A DNA stretch of 56,109 bases, from the NCBI GenBank assembly GCA_013288215.1, contig JABDCI010000007.1, forward strand, positions 1-56,109. Reading direction: 5' to 3'. This stretch comes from Verrucomicrobiota bacterium (lineage in GTDB: Bacteria > Verrucomicrobiota > Verrucomicrobiia > JABWAM01). Below the pieces are notes generated by a model. The model made no database searches, was not told the origin of the DNA, and saw nothing but the letters and a program-made list of their open reading frames with translations. Within the stretch, counting starts at the first letter, position 1, and every line of letters starts with the position of its first letter. This document shows positions 30,208 to 39,721 of this stretch, piece by piece. Made by a program: the position numbers and the translations under genes.

Positions 30208-31203
30208 TCATTCCGGTGGTGCGATTCCGTAATGAAGTCCCGAGATGCGAACAGACGCTTCTTTTCCCAAAAGCCAGATTTTGAAGCTGAGTTTGGACGT
30301 GCCTGGCGGAAATTTGAAAGTTGTAAAAGCGGTCTCGTAGAGACCGCTTTGCGTGATTTCCTTCAATAATTCCAGTTCCTTTAAAAATTGTCCGCGGCTG
30401 TCCCAACAAAGGGCATGCAATTCGATGTCCCCCTTATCGAGCGTCTGGATATCCAGCATGAGGGCGGCCTGGGGATCAAATGGCACGATATCTTTGAGCA
30501 CGAATGAGGAGCTTTCACTCAGTGGACGCAAACGTGCAAAAAGGAGTCCATGCTGGATCCGCACCTCCATTCCGGAGTCCGCCTTGAGGGACACTCTTTC
30601 CTCGTAGGAAAAAAGCGGACGGATATTCTCCTTCCGCCAGAGTCTGGGCGCGTGCACGAAAATTCTTGAGAACTGCGCCTCGCATCCCTTCCCTTCGGTC
30701 CAGAACTTCAAGCGAAAGCGCTTCGGTTTTTCGCCCGTGAGGGGAAGAAGCTCGACAAGCTTTTGATTCATAAGTGAAAAAGCCTCTCCCTTCGGCGGAA
30801 AGATCGGTGCTGCGGCCAGAAATTCGCCGCCTTCCTGAAGCCACTCCACTTGCGCGCTGATTCGCCCATCCCGCACCTCTTTGACCTCCATATCGACAAG
30901 AGTCTCGGGCGTGAACGCCATGTCATATTGCGGTGTGACCCAACCCGAATCCGTGTTCCCGGCATGGATGGTTAGCATATTGGCGCTCTGAACCATGCTC
31001 ATTTCAGGTCCTAATTTCCATTCTGCCGGCTGCAAAATAAATGCATCGAACACGATCCGCTGCTCCTCTTGAGCCTCGGCAAAATCCCATGACGAAAACC
31101 ACAAAAGAACCAAAACAAACCTAAGCCACGGTGTCACCCGTGCATTTTTGCGGTGAAATGGCATGATTTTTGATTCGCCGTTTCTCATCTTCTCGAAGCC
31201 CAC
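30208..31203 (-). CDS. Exported protein with two CBM-like beta-sandwich repeats (paralogue B)
   Basis: Signal-like segment; two internal repeats (QVEW...GEFL...RFRLKFW and LCWD..GQFL...SFKIW); aligns by eye with 31207..32127. Confidence 0.65.
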   Translation of the reverse strand: MGFEKMRNGESKIMPFHRKNARVTPWLRFVLVLLWFSSWDFAEAQEEQRIVFDAFILQPAEWKLGPEMSMVQSANMLTIHAGNTDSGWVTPQYDMAFTPETLVDMEVKEVRDGRISAQVEWLQEGGEFLAAAPIFPPKGEAFSLMNQKLVELLPLTGEKPKRFRLKFWTEGKGCEAQFSRIFVHAPRLWRKENIRPLFSYEERVSLKADSGMEVRIQHGLLFARLRPLSESSSFVLKDIVPFDPQAALMLDIQTLDKGDIELHALCWDSRGQFLKELELLKEITQSGLYETAFTTFKFPPGTSKLSFKIWLLGKEASVRISGLHYGIAPPE

Positions 31204-31206
31204 CCA

Positions 31207-32127
31207 TCAAGGGACCACTCCATAATACAAACCGAGAACCCTCGCAGACGCTCCTTTCCCCACAGGTTGGACACGCCATGCCACGAGCGCAGTCCCTGCA
31301 GGGACGCGTTCCTCCAAAATATTGAAACTCGATTCGTAAAGCCCAGGCTCGCCTGCTTCATGAATCACCTCCACCGACTTGAGAAACATCCCCTTCCCGT
31401 CATAACACATCGCATCCACAGAAACGCCTCCCTCCACATCCAGCAGTTCAAGCATGCAGGTGCCCTTGGGATGATAGACCACCTTGTCGGAAAAAATAAT
31501 CCCAGCTTGGCTGACGTTCCCATCCAGTTTCATTCCCAGGGAATCCTCGTCCACGTCCACAGCCACACCCTCTTCAGACGAAAAAGTGGAATCAGGTTTG
31601 TAGGTTTGAATGAGATTCGTCCCTGGATGCTTCCAGGCGCGCGAAGCATGCACCAGCAGGCGGGAGAGCACGATCTCTGAATCTTTGCCCTCAACCCAAA
31701 CCTTCAGTCTAAATTTATAAGGACGCTTCTCCGGAGGACGAAAGTCGATGAGCCGGACATTCAAAAGCGAATTCGACGAGGAGTGCTGAAGAAGATTGGA
31801 AGCTTTGATAAAATTTTCATCCGCCCCAATCCATTCGATCTGAACTCCAAGTGTTCCATTCTTCACCGAAGCGAGCTGCACATCCAGCAAGGTGTTTTCC
31901 GCCAGGCCGAAGACCATTTCCGGCGCCGCCCAGCCGTAAGCCTTGTCTCCGTTTTGCAAAAGAATCCCCTCCTCTTTGAAGTGCAGGCTAATGTCTTGGC
32001 TTGATTTCCACTGCCCGGGACCGGACTGAAGCCCATTGAAGAGGATCCGATCACCGACGTCTTGACTCCGGGTGTTGACAGTAAAAAAAAGAAGAGCAGA
32101 GAAAAAAAGACATCGGGAAAAAATCAC
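31207..32127 (-). CDS. Exported protein with two CBM-like beta-sandwich repeats (paralogue A)
   Basis: Signal peptide; QIEW...NFI...KFRLKVWVEGK and MCYDGKGMFLK repeats; colinear with the downstream paralogue. Confidence 0.65.
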   Translation of the reverse strand: MIFSRCLFFSALLFFTVNTRSQDVGDRILFNGLQSGPGQWKSSQDISLHFKEEGILLQNGDKAYGWAAPEMVFGLAENTLLDVQLASVKNGTLGVQIEWIGADENFIKASNLLQHSSSNSLLNVRLIDFRPPEKRPYKFRLKVWVEGKDSEIVLSRLLVHASRAWKHPGTNLIQTYKPDSTFSSEEGVAVDVDEDSLGMKLDGNVSQAGIIFSDKVVYHPKGTCMLELLDVEGGVSVDAMCYDGKGMFLKSVEVIHEAGEPGLYESSFNILEERVPAGTALVAWRVQPVGKGASARVLGLYYGVVP

Positions 32128-32178
32128 ACTGTGTAAAATAGCGTTTCCTTCCTCGAAATTCGAGAGCCATTTTAAGGC

Positions 32179-32636
32179 TCAGAACGGGCCGGGAGGATGT
32201 CGCATGCGAATATTTCTGGCTTTTTCCATCCCTTTATAAATGGAAGCGACATGACCATCGCAGAAAAGAAAATTGGCCGCCTGAGATTGCGGAAAGGAGA
32301 GTTTCTCATGACCAAAATCAACGACCTTTAAGGAATTCAGCTGCCGGGCACAAACGGAGGATATGTGCCCCTGGAAAGAGGACCCCACCAAGGCCCGGCA
32401 GCCTTCATTTCAAATGGACCACATCTTTGACCCCATCCGATCAAAACAGGCCCATAGAAAATGTTCCCCATCACATTATAATCTACTCTGTTTTCGTCAT
32501 AAGGATTTAGCCAAAATGGAAAATTTTTTCGCCGATTCGGAATTAATGACAGATTTCTGGCAAGAACCGATGCAAGATACCAAGCAGACGCAGGGCGGAA
32601 AGGGATTACGAGCCCGTGCGAAGATGCTTTACTCAC
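32179..32636 (-). pseudogene. Probable remnant of a prepilin-type / H-X9-DG C-terminal domain gene
   Basis: GH...ANFLFCDGHV in ORF 32179..32391; upstream part in another frame (32337..32636); no prepilin N-terminus found. Confidence 0.5.
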
Positions 32637-32670
32637 CCCATACAGGAGCTTTTACTTTGCCTCTTTTCAA

Positions 32671-34074
32671 ATGAAACTCACCATTCACGGCGCGGCTCGT
32701 ACCACCACCGGATCGATGTATCTCCTTGAAGCGTGCGGAAAAAGGATTCTTTTCGAATGTGGATTTTTTCAAGGCAAGCGCAAGGAATCGATGGACCGCA
32801 ACCGTCAATTCCCCTTCAAGCCTTCCGAGATCGACTTAATGCTGCTTTCCCATGCGCACATCGACCACAGCGGGAACATTCCCAACCTTGTCCGACAAGG
32901 ATTTCAGGGTCCCATCTTTTGCAATCACGCGACACGTGACCTGGCGACTTTAATGCTCGAGGATAGCGCGCACATCCAGGAGTCGGATTGCGCCTTTATC
33001 AATCGCCGCAACGAAAAACTCGGGAAAAAGAACCTTCCTCCCGCAGAGCCGCTCTATACGCGTCTCGACGCCCAAAAAGCCGCCAAACAGTTTGTTTCCA
33101 TTGCCTACGACCACTCGTTCGATCTCGTGGAAGGCATCACCGTCACATTTTGCGACGCAGGGCACATCCTCGGATCATCCGAAATCATCTTTGATCTGCG
33201 CGAAAACGGACGCCATGTGAGGCTTGTTTTTAGCGGCGATCTCGGACGTGGCAACAACGCCATCCTTCGGGATCCGACTCCTTTTGAAGATGTCGAAGTC
33301 CTCCTCATGGAATCGACGTATGGTGGACGCGTTCACGAGGCTCAGGAACTCGCAAATGCACGTCTTGCAGAAATTATCAATCAAACGCTCGAACGCGGCG
33401 GCAAAGTGATTATTCCTGCTTTTTCCGTGGGCCGCACCCAGCAGCTTGTCCACTCTCTCCACGATCTCACGGCTCACAAAATCGTCCGGAACATCCCCGT
33501 CTTCGTCGACAGCCCTCTTTCCATCAATGCAACCGAGGTCTTCCGCCTGCATCCTGAATGTTTCAACCAGTCCACCTACGAGATGCTCCGTCACCACGAA
33601 AATCCGTTTGGCCTAAAAAATCTGACCTACATCCGCAGCTCCGAGGAATCTAAAAAGCTCAATGACCGGCACGATCCCTGCATCATCATCGCGGCATCGG
33701 GCATGTGTGAAGCGGGCCGGATCCGTCATCATCTCCGAAACAACATTGGAGATCCGCGCAACACCGTCCTCATGGTCGGCTTCTGCGCACCCAACACCCT
33801 CGGCAGGGCGATGCATGATCGTTCCCCCAAGGTTTCCATTTTTGGCGAGGAACATGAAGTTCGCGCCCAAATTGAAACCATTGATGCATTCAGCGCGCAT
33901 GCGGACCGCAACGAGCTCTTGGACCTCGTCCGGCATAGCACGGGATCGTTCAAACGCATCCTTTTGACCCACGGACAAGAGGATCAGTCCGAAGCGTTGG
34001 CATCGGCATTGAGGGTGAGCCACCCTCAATCCCAGATTGTCATTCCGAATTTGCACGATATGATTGACTTGTAA
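32671..34074 (+). CDS. Metallo-beta-lactamase / beta-CASP ribonuclease (Ysh1/TTHA0252-like)
   Basis: SHAHIDHSG, AGHILGS, SGDLG, ESTYG, PAFSVGRTQ and FSAHAD. Confidence 0.92.
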   Translation: MKLTIHGAARTTTGSMYLLEACGKRILFECGFFQGKRKESMDRNRQFPFKPSEIDLMLLSHAHIDHSGNIPNLVRQGFQGPIFCNHATRDLATLMLEDSAHIQESDCAFINRRNEKLGKKNLPPAEPLYTRLDAQKAAKQFVSIAYDHSFDLVEGITVTFCDAGHILGSSEIIFDLRENGRHVRLVFSGDLGRGNNAILRDPTPFEDVEVLLMESTYGGRVHEAQELANARLAEIINQTLERGGKVIIPAFSVGRTQQLVHSLHDLTAHKIVRNIPVFVDSPLSINATEVFRLHPECFNQSTYEMLRHHENPFGLKNLTYIRSSEESKKLNDRHDPCIIIAASGMCEAGRIRHHLRNNIGDPRNTVLMVGFCAPNTLGRAMHDRSPKVSIFGEEHEVRAQIETIDAFSAHADRNELLDLVRHSTGSFKRILLTHGQEDQSEALASALRVSHPQSQIVIPNLHDMIDL

Positions 34075-34093
34075 CACATCAAGCTAGCCCCGC

Positions 34094-35254
34094 ATGGACC
34101 TGTTTGCCGACATCGTGCAGCCTCAGAAGCAGCCCGAGGTGCCTCCTGAAAAGGAATCTCCCCCATCCCGGCGCCCCGTTGACGTGCCCCTGCCTGTTTT
34201 GACAACTGGAATTCCGGTTTACATTCCCCTCTTGTCCAATCCGTTCGAGCCGGATTCGGTCTATTGGCACAGGGTCGTAATTGCCATCGCGCTTTCTCTG
34301 TTTTTGAATTTTTTCCTGCTCTGGATTTCTCTGGTCTTTCACATCACGGATTGGACATGGCTTAAACCCGCTCCCAAGCCGCACGCAAGCAAGGAAATGA
34401 CCCAACTCGTGTTGATGCAACGCCCCCCTCCAATCCCACGCCACGAGTCGCCCACTTTTCTTGAAACCGACCCGAGCCAAGCCGAGCGGGAAAAACCAAA
34501 AGACGCGCCTTTTTATTCGGAGCACAACACGCGCGCGACCCAAACGTCGGCTACCCCGGAAAAGTCGAATGAGATGCCGAACATGAACGGGAACAACACC
34601 AAGACGATGGCCACTGAAACGGTGCTCCCCACACGGCCAGCACCTCCGCCGTCGCCCCCGATGCCTGAAGGCCCAGCGACTCCACCGGAAAAACCGGCCG
34701 CGCCCCCTTCCTCGCCGCAAAAATCTCCCCCTGACAATCCAACGCCAGGGGATCTTGCCTTGCTCAAAAAACCCGAGGAACGCCCCTTCACGCAAACAGA
34801 ATCGCCAACGGAAAATTCCAAAACGAATCCTCAAACGGCGCCTCGGGCGCCTCCCGCTCCCAAAACTCTCCCGCAGAGTCGCGAGGTGCTGGCGCAACAG
34901 TCCAAAATCGCCGGCGGCGTCAACCGTGTCGGCAAAGCATACGCATTCGATTCCGCAGAGTCTCCTTTCGCCAGCTATGACAAAAAAATCATCGGAAAGA
35001 TCGGGGCCTATTGGCAGCCCCTTGTTCAAAACAAGTTTTACGGTGAAACCATTGGAGAGGTCGAAGTGTCTTTCAAACTGATGGCCGATGGCCGAATTAC
35101 CGAACTGCAAGTGACACACAACTCCGCCAATTCCGTTCTGGCCGGTTGGTGCCTTCAAGCCATTCAACAATCCGCCCCTTTTGATCCGTTTCCCGACACC
35201 ATGAAAGCCATTGCGGGGGACTTCCGGGAAGGCAGCATCACGTTCGCCTATTAG
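34094..35254 (+). CDS. TonB/TolA family protein
   Basis: Single TM helix, long Pro-rich linker and a TonB_C-like end (YDKKIIGKIGAYW...GEVEVSFKLMADG...AIQQSAPFDPFP). Confidence 0.82.
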   Translation: MDLFADIVQPQKQPEVPPEKESPPSRRPVDVPLPVLTTGIPVYIPLLSNPFEPDSVYWHRVVIAIALSLFLNFFLLWISLVFHITDWTWLKPAPKPHASKEMTQLVLMQRPPPIPRHESPTFLETDPSQAEREKPKDAPFYSEHNTRATQTSATPEKSNEMPNMNGNNTKTMATETVLPTRPAPPPSPPMPEGPATPPEKPAAPPSSPQKSPPDNPTPGDLALLKKPEERPFTQTESPTENSKTNPQTAPRAPPAPKTLPQSREVLAQQSKIAGGVNRVGKAYAFDSAESPFASYDKKIIGKIGAYWQPLVQNKFYGETIGEVEVSFKLMADGRITELQVTHNSANSVLAGWCLQAIQQSAPFDPFPDTMKAIAGDFREGSITFAY

Positions 35255-35270
35255 AGCGAACGTCAGACCC

Positions 35271-36008
35271 ATGAAACTCAAGCTCCCCGTGCGGCGATTT
35301 CCGCGGCAATTCGAGGAATATGTCGTCGAAATGATGGATGAGCCGCAAGCGGATATCCCTCTTCTCCAGGAGGATCTCGCAAATATTCGTCAACTCAATC
35401 GCTGGCTCGGCGCTCATCGTCTGGTTCGATCGGAATGCAAACGATTCTTCACCTCTTGGCGTGGAACAACCCCCTGCCGAGTGCTGGATGTCTGCACAGG
35501 CTCAGCCGATTTGCCCAGAAGCATGGTGGACTGGTGCCGTCGCCAAAAAATTGCGGTTGAAATCCAGGCGACGGACAAAAATCCTGTGATGCGGCAGATC
35601 GCCTGTTCCCTTTCGGAAGACTATCCTGAAATTCACGTCTCGGAAGCGGATGTGACCCGCCTGGAGTTCGATCATGATTCCTTTGATCTCGTGATGTGCC
35701 ATCTCGCTCTCCATCATTTCTCAGCAAAACAGGCCGTCGATATTCTCAAAGACCTTTGGCTCGTCTCCAGACATACACTCCTCATCACCGATCTTCACCG
35801 GAACCGGCTCATGGCATTCGCCGCCCGTGCTTTCATTCCATGGTTCACATCCAATCCCATGACACGTTTCGATGCCGCGCTCTCCGCACGGCGCGCATTC
35901 AGTGAAGACGAAATGCGGCGGCTCGCATTTCATGCTGAAATTCCTTCTCCCGAAATCCGGCGTTACTTTCTGGGCCGGCAGGTCTTGGTCGCAAGCAAAG
36001 CGCATTGA
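35271..36008 (+). CDS. Class I SAM-dependent methyltransferase
   Basis: EMMDEP...L.NIRQLNRWLG, VLDVCTGSAD, LALHHF and DAALSARRAF. Confidence 0.88.
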   Translation: MKLKLPVRRFPRQFEEYVVEMMDEPQADIPLLQEDLANIRQLNRWLGAHRLVRSECKRFFTSWRGTTPCRVLDVCTGSADLPRSMVDWCRRQKIAVEIQATDKNPVMRQIACSLSEDYPEIHVSEADVTRLEFDHDSFDLVMCHLALHHFSAKQAVDILKDLWLVSRHTLLITDLHRNRLMAFAARAFIPWFTSNPMTRFDAALSARRAFSEDEMRRLAFHAEIPSPEIRRYFLGRQVLVASKAH

Positions 36009-36179
36009 AGCCAGCTGCCCTATCCAGAGTGCCGATTCCTGCTGCCTGCAGAGTTGCAAGCTCTATTCAAAAATCCACCACCACTCGGGATTGAGGAGTG
36101 ATGATGATTAAAAAAGAATGGATATGCGACGGGAGGCACTTTGCGCTGGAGCAGCGCTCTAGGATTTTCCAGCAGCCTG

Positions 36180-37808
36180 CTAAACGTCTTTGGACACGAC
36201 CGACTTTGCGCGAGAAGGCGGCAACGGGCGCGCGACACGGCCATGAGGCTCCGGCGGAGGCTCGTCGCTCAAAGGTTCATCGTATCCGATTTTTCCTTTT
36301 GTCGCCTGGCGCACTTCCTTCGTTTGCTTTTGACCGAGACCGAAGAAATTGAAATCGGCAAGGTGACCCAGCACACGCATTCCGCCGCGAATGAGATATT
36401 TGACGTCCTCAAAATTTCGCACTGAAGAAACCTGGTTCCAGATGAAACGCGGCGTCAGAAAGCTGTTGTAAATCCCGCGTGTCATATCGAGCAGTTCATC
36501 GTCTGGAATGGGACACTTCATGATAGGATCGCGCATTCCATAATCATCCCAGTCTTCCGTACGTAGTAAATTCTGCTCTTTGCATTCTTTAAACAGCGGC
36601 GTGCCGGGATAGGGCATGCAGATCGTGGCCTGCAACGTGTCGATGTAGCCCTTGTCGAAGAGACTTCGAGTGAGATCGATCGTGCGCTGCGCCTCCTCTT
36701 TCGTCTCCCACGGATAACCGACCATGCACGTGACGTGCGGCATCAGCCCTGCCTTTTTTGCAAGCCGCATCGATTCTTCGATCTTATCGGCCTGTCCCAG
36801 CTTATGCAGACGATCCAGAGTGCTCTGGTTCGCCGACTCCAATCCGAAGAGCATGAATCGGAAATTTGCCTTTCCCATCAAATCGTAATCTTCCTCGGAA
36901 AGAGCGCCAGGGATCATATTGCAGCCAAGCGTAATCTTTTCATGATAACCGCGCTGGATCACCTCTTTGCAAAATTCCTTTAACCAGCCTCCTGCAGGAA
37001 ATGTTCCCGTATCATCGAACACTTCGCGCACGCCGAGGTCAATCAAGTGACCGATCTCATCGGCATGTTGCTGGGCGGTGCGGCATCGGAAATTGGTGAA
37101 CGTCGTCGTCCATGAGCAAAACGTGCAACGTCCCCACCAGCAATCCCGCCCCACCATCGTGTACGTGCCGGGAAGATATTTAAAATTTCCGTTTTCCTTC
37201 GCATAAAGATGCCACTTGGAGAGCTGGCGGTCGATCATGGGCAATACATCCAATCCATGTTTCAACTCGAAACGTCCTGTGGAAACAATTTTGTCTGTCG
37301 CGTCGCGCCTGCCGTCGCGCCAGAAATAAACGCCCGGTTCCAAATCCGTGCCCTTGTCGAGATGCGCGCATAAATTGAGCAGCGCAAAATCGAAATCGCC
37401 GCCCGTGATGCAATAATCGGCCTGGCAGTTGCGCAACGATTCCTCTGGCATCCCTGTGATGTGATCGCCCATCAGGACATATTTGGTCTTGGGGTAGATC
37501 GCCTTCAGCTTGTCGATATATTTCCAATACCGTTTGACCACGGGCGTTTTGACTTCAATGGCAAGCACGTCGGGCTGGATCTGTCCGAACCGTTTGTCCC
37601 AATCCTCCACGCTGTCCATCTGCGCCACGCCATCCTCCCAATAAACGTCGTGCCCGGCCTGTTTCAAAACCGTCGCCGCATAAGCCGGCACGCACGGAAA
37701 AATGAAGGTGGGTTTGTTGAACCACTGAAACTGGCGGTTCTGGGAAATCAGCGGAACGCCCTTTTTATCGGGAAGCGGCGGATACGCGATCATGACTTTC
37801 AAAGGCAT
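36180..37808 (-). CDS. B12-binding-domain radical SAM protein
   Basis: N-terminal cobalamin-binding Rossmann region; cluster motif CWWGRCTFC (CX4CX2C); FGLESANQ; GYPWET. Confidence 0.88.
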   Translation of the reverse strand: MPLKVMIAYPPLPDKKGVPLISQNRQFQWFNKPTFIFPCVPAYAATVLKQAGHDVYWEDGVAQMDSVEDWDKRFGQIQPDVLAIEVKTPVVKRYWKYIDKLKAIYPKTKYVLMGDHITGMPEESLRNCQADYCITGGDFDFALLNLCAHLDKGTDLEPGVYFWRDGRRDATDKIVSTGRFELKHGLDVLPMIDRQLSKWHLYAKENGNFKYLPGTYTMVGRDCWWGRCTFCSWTTTFTNFRCRTAQQHADEIGHLIDLGVREVFDDTGTFPAGGWLKEFCKEVIQRGYHEKITLGCNMIPGALSEEDYDLMGKANFRFMLFGLESANQSTLDRLHKLGQADKIEESMRLAKKAGLMPHVTCMVGYPWETKEEAQRTIDLTRSLFDKGYIDTLQATICMPYPGTPLFKECKEQNLLRTEDWDDYGMRDPIMKCPIPDDELLDMTRGIYNSFLTPRFIWNQVSSVRNFEDVKYLIRGGMRVLGHLADFNFFGLGQKQTKEVRQATKGKIGYDEPLSDEPPPEPHGRVARPLPPSRAKSVVSKDV

Positions 37809-37845
37809 ATGCGCAGCAAGCTAAAGGGAGATGTTCAAACAGGCG

Positions 37846-37860
37846 GCACGAACCCTGCCA
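37846..37860 (-). promoter_or_regulatory. Candidate sigma54 (-24/-12) promoter for the radical SAM gene
   Basis: Minus strand TGGCAGGGTTCGTGC gives exact GG-N10-GC spacing, about 40 nt upstream of the start. Confidence 0.3.
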
Positions 37861-38012
37861 AGTTATTCATTGCGTGTGACTTGCGGAAGTTTTCCAAGCG
37901 CAAACCCCACCCTCTATACCATATATCGACACGATTCCCCTGCCAAGCTTAATGATCCGTATTCCCTCCCTTCATAACATAAGTTAATTTGCTTACCCTC
38001 CGAAGTCATGAC

Positions 38013-38396
38013 CTAAAGCCGGGGGATCTGAGGGAAGTGATCGAAATGTTGATCGCGTGCGAAGAGCCAGAGATCGTGTTGAACCACAAGCGCGCCAATC
38101 CAGAGATCGTTGATGGGAATGGGAGTGCCTTGAGTCCGGAGCTGGCGAAAAAGGCGGGCGTAATGATGCGTGGTCTGTTCGTCGGCGTAGAGGACAGAGA
38201 CGCGCGGCGAGCTTAAAAATTGTGTCAACGTGCGCTCGTTCTCTTGCGAACAAATCCCGCAAAAAAATCCGGCGCGCAGTTCCCCGAGGGTGACGAATGG
38301 CAGAAAAATGCGTTCTGCTTCCTGAATTTGAGCAAGGGTATCGGCGTCTCCCTTGCAGAAGTCCACATAGCGGTTCGTATCCAGCGCGATTCTCAT
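38013..38396 (-). CDS. vapC: VapC-type PIN domain toxin
   Basis: IALDTNRY, LGELRAG, PINDLWIGA and DQHF acidic tetrad; ATGA overlap with the antitoxin stop. Confidence 0.92.
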   Translation of the reverse strand: MRIALDTNRYVDFCKGDADTLAQIQEAERIFLPFVTLGELRAGFFCGICSQENERTLTQFLSSPRVSVLYADEQTTHHYARLFRQLRTQGTPIPINDLWIGALVVQHDLWLFARDQHFDHFPQIPRL

Positions 38397-38644
38397 TTCC
38401 AGAGGTTGGGATCAATTTGGTCCTGAGCACGAATGGCTTCATCAAACTTCGGATCTTTCATCCAGGCGCCAGCGAGTTTATCGAGATCATGATATTTGGC
38501 TTTCGACTCCGTCAGTCCCGAGCCACGCACCAAGGCTTGGACAATGGTTTCATTGAAGCTTTGATTTTCTTGCTTCGCCATGGATCGCAATACCTCATCC
38601 ACTTTGGGTGGAATCTGACGGATCGTATATTGAATCGATTTAAT
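38393..38644 (-). CDS. Ribbon-helix-helix antitoxin (FitA/VapB-like)
   Basis: QYTIRQIP..VDEVLR..AKQENQSFNETIVQAL and DLDKLAGAW. Start uncertain (ATT at 38644 or ATG at 38674). Confidence 0.8.
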   Translation of the reverse strand: MKSIQYTIRQIPPKVDEVLRSMAKQENQSFNETIVQALVRGSGLTESKAKYHDLDKLAGAWMKDPKFDEAIRAQDQIDPNLWK

Positions 38645-38679
38645 GCATGCAATATATTCAAAAATTGCATACATGTCAA
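38643..38679 (-). promoter_or_regulatory. TA promoter overlapped by an inverted-repeat operator
   Basis: TTGACA-17-TATATT on the minus strand; inverted repeat ATGCATGCAAT-N10-ATTGCATACAT (10 of 11 bp) at 38643-38674. Confidence 0.7.
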
Positions 38680-38762
38680 CTGGGCCTTGGGTAAGGCCGC
38701 GGCATGAATCTGTGAGATGGATCCATGGCTCAAGCTTACGAAGCTTGGACGTTCAGCTCCCT

Positions 38763-39719
38763 TTAAAGGATTTCTGCTTCCTCGGGCAGTCGTGGAGAAA
38801 TGAGTCCTCCCAAGAATGAAACGCCATAGATCAAGTGCGACGCAAAAGCCACCATGAAGGCGGGAATGATCAGCGATAATGAGGTGCCAACAAAACTCAC
38901 GAGAAGCAACAAGGCATAGATCGACGACAACAGAGCGAGAATCCAGCCGGCCCCCGGCTGGCCGAGGAGTGCAAGGATCGAGAGCACCACTCCCGCGAGC
39001 ACCGCCATCGACGGCATGAAATAAGGCAGTTTGCACGACGTTTCTGGATAGCGCTTCGCAAAATAACCGCGATGGAGCCCGTAATTCCCGAGCTGAATGA
39101 AATGTTTTTTCAACGAAGGCCGGCGATGATGTTCAATCACCGCCCGGGGCTCGTAGCGGATGCGATAACCCTCTTTTACGAGCGAAAGGCAAAATTCCGT
39201 ATCTTCACCGGGCCAAAAATCGGTCCGAAATCCACCCACTTTTTCGAACACGGATCGGCGTACGAGCAAATTGCAGCTCGGGAAATCCGTCACATCGCGC
39301 AATGTGCCAGGGCGGTAGCGATAAAATTCGGTTCCCGAGATCATCCACGATTCATACACGACCCCGCTTACCTGCGCCCAAAAGGGATCGTTGTGAGGTG
39401 TGACGGACGGTCCGCCTACCGCCCCAACATCCGCCGTTTGAAAATGGACGAGGGCCGCCGCGAGCCAGCCCGGCTGTGGCCGGGTGTCGTCATCAATGAA
39501 CGCCAAAATGTCTCCGTGGCTCAGTTCCACCCCGCGATTGCGTTTGCGGGCGGGTGACATCGATCCCGTCGCTTCTTCGATCACCCGGAGATCGGGCGAT
39601 GGCAGCGGCACATCGGGCAAAACAATGATCTCCACCTCCATCTCCTGCTTGAGGCATGCGTCGATGCAAGGCTTCAGGTATCCCTGGTCCTGCCTCAGCG
39701 GGATGATGATGCTCACCAT
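38763..39719 (-). CDS. Glycosyltransferase family 2
   Basis: MVSIIIP, RNRGV, AFIDDD (DxD), GEDTEF and YFAKRYPE; C-terminal TM helices. Confidence 0.9.
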   Translation of the reverse strand: MVSIIIPLRQDQGYLKPCIDACLKQEMEVEIIVLPDVPLPSPDLRVIEEATGSMSPARKRNRGVELSHGDILAFIDDDTRPQPGWLAAALVHFQTADVGAVGGPSVTPHNDPFWAQVSGVVYESWMISGTEFYRYRPGTLRDVTDFPSCNLLVRRSVFEKVGGFRTDFWPGEDTEFCLSLVKEGYRIRYEPRAVIEHHRRPSLKKHFIQLGNYGLHRGYFAKRYPETSCKLPYFMPSMAVLAGVVLSILALLGQPGAGWILALLSSIYALLLLVSFVGTSLSLIIPAFMVAFASHLIYGVSFLGGLISPRLPEEAEIL

Positions 39720-39721
39720 AC

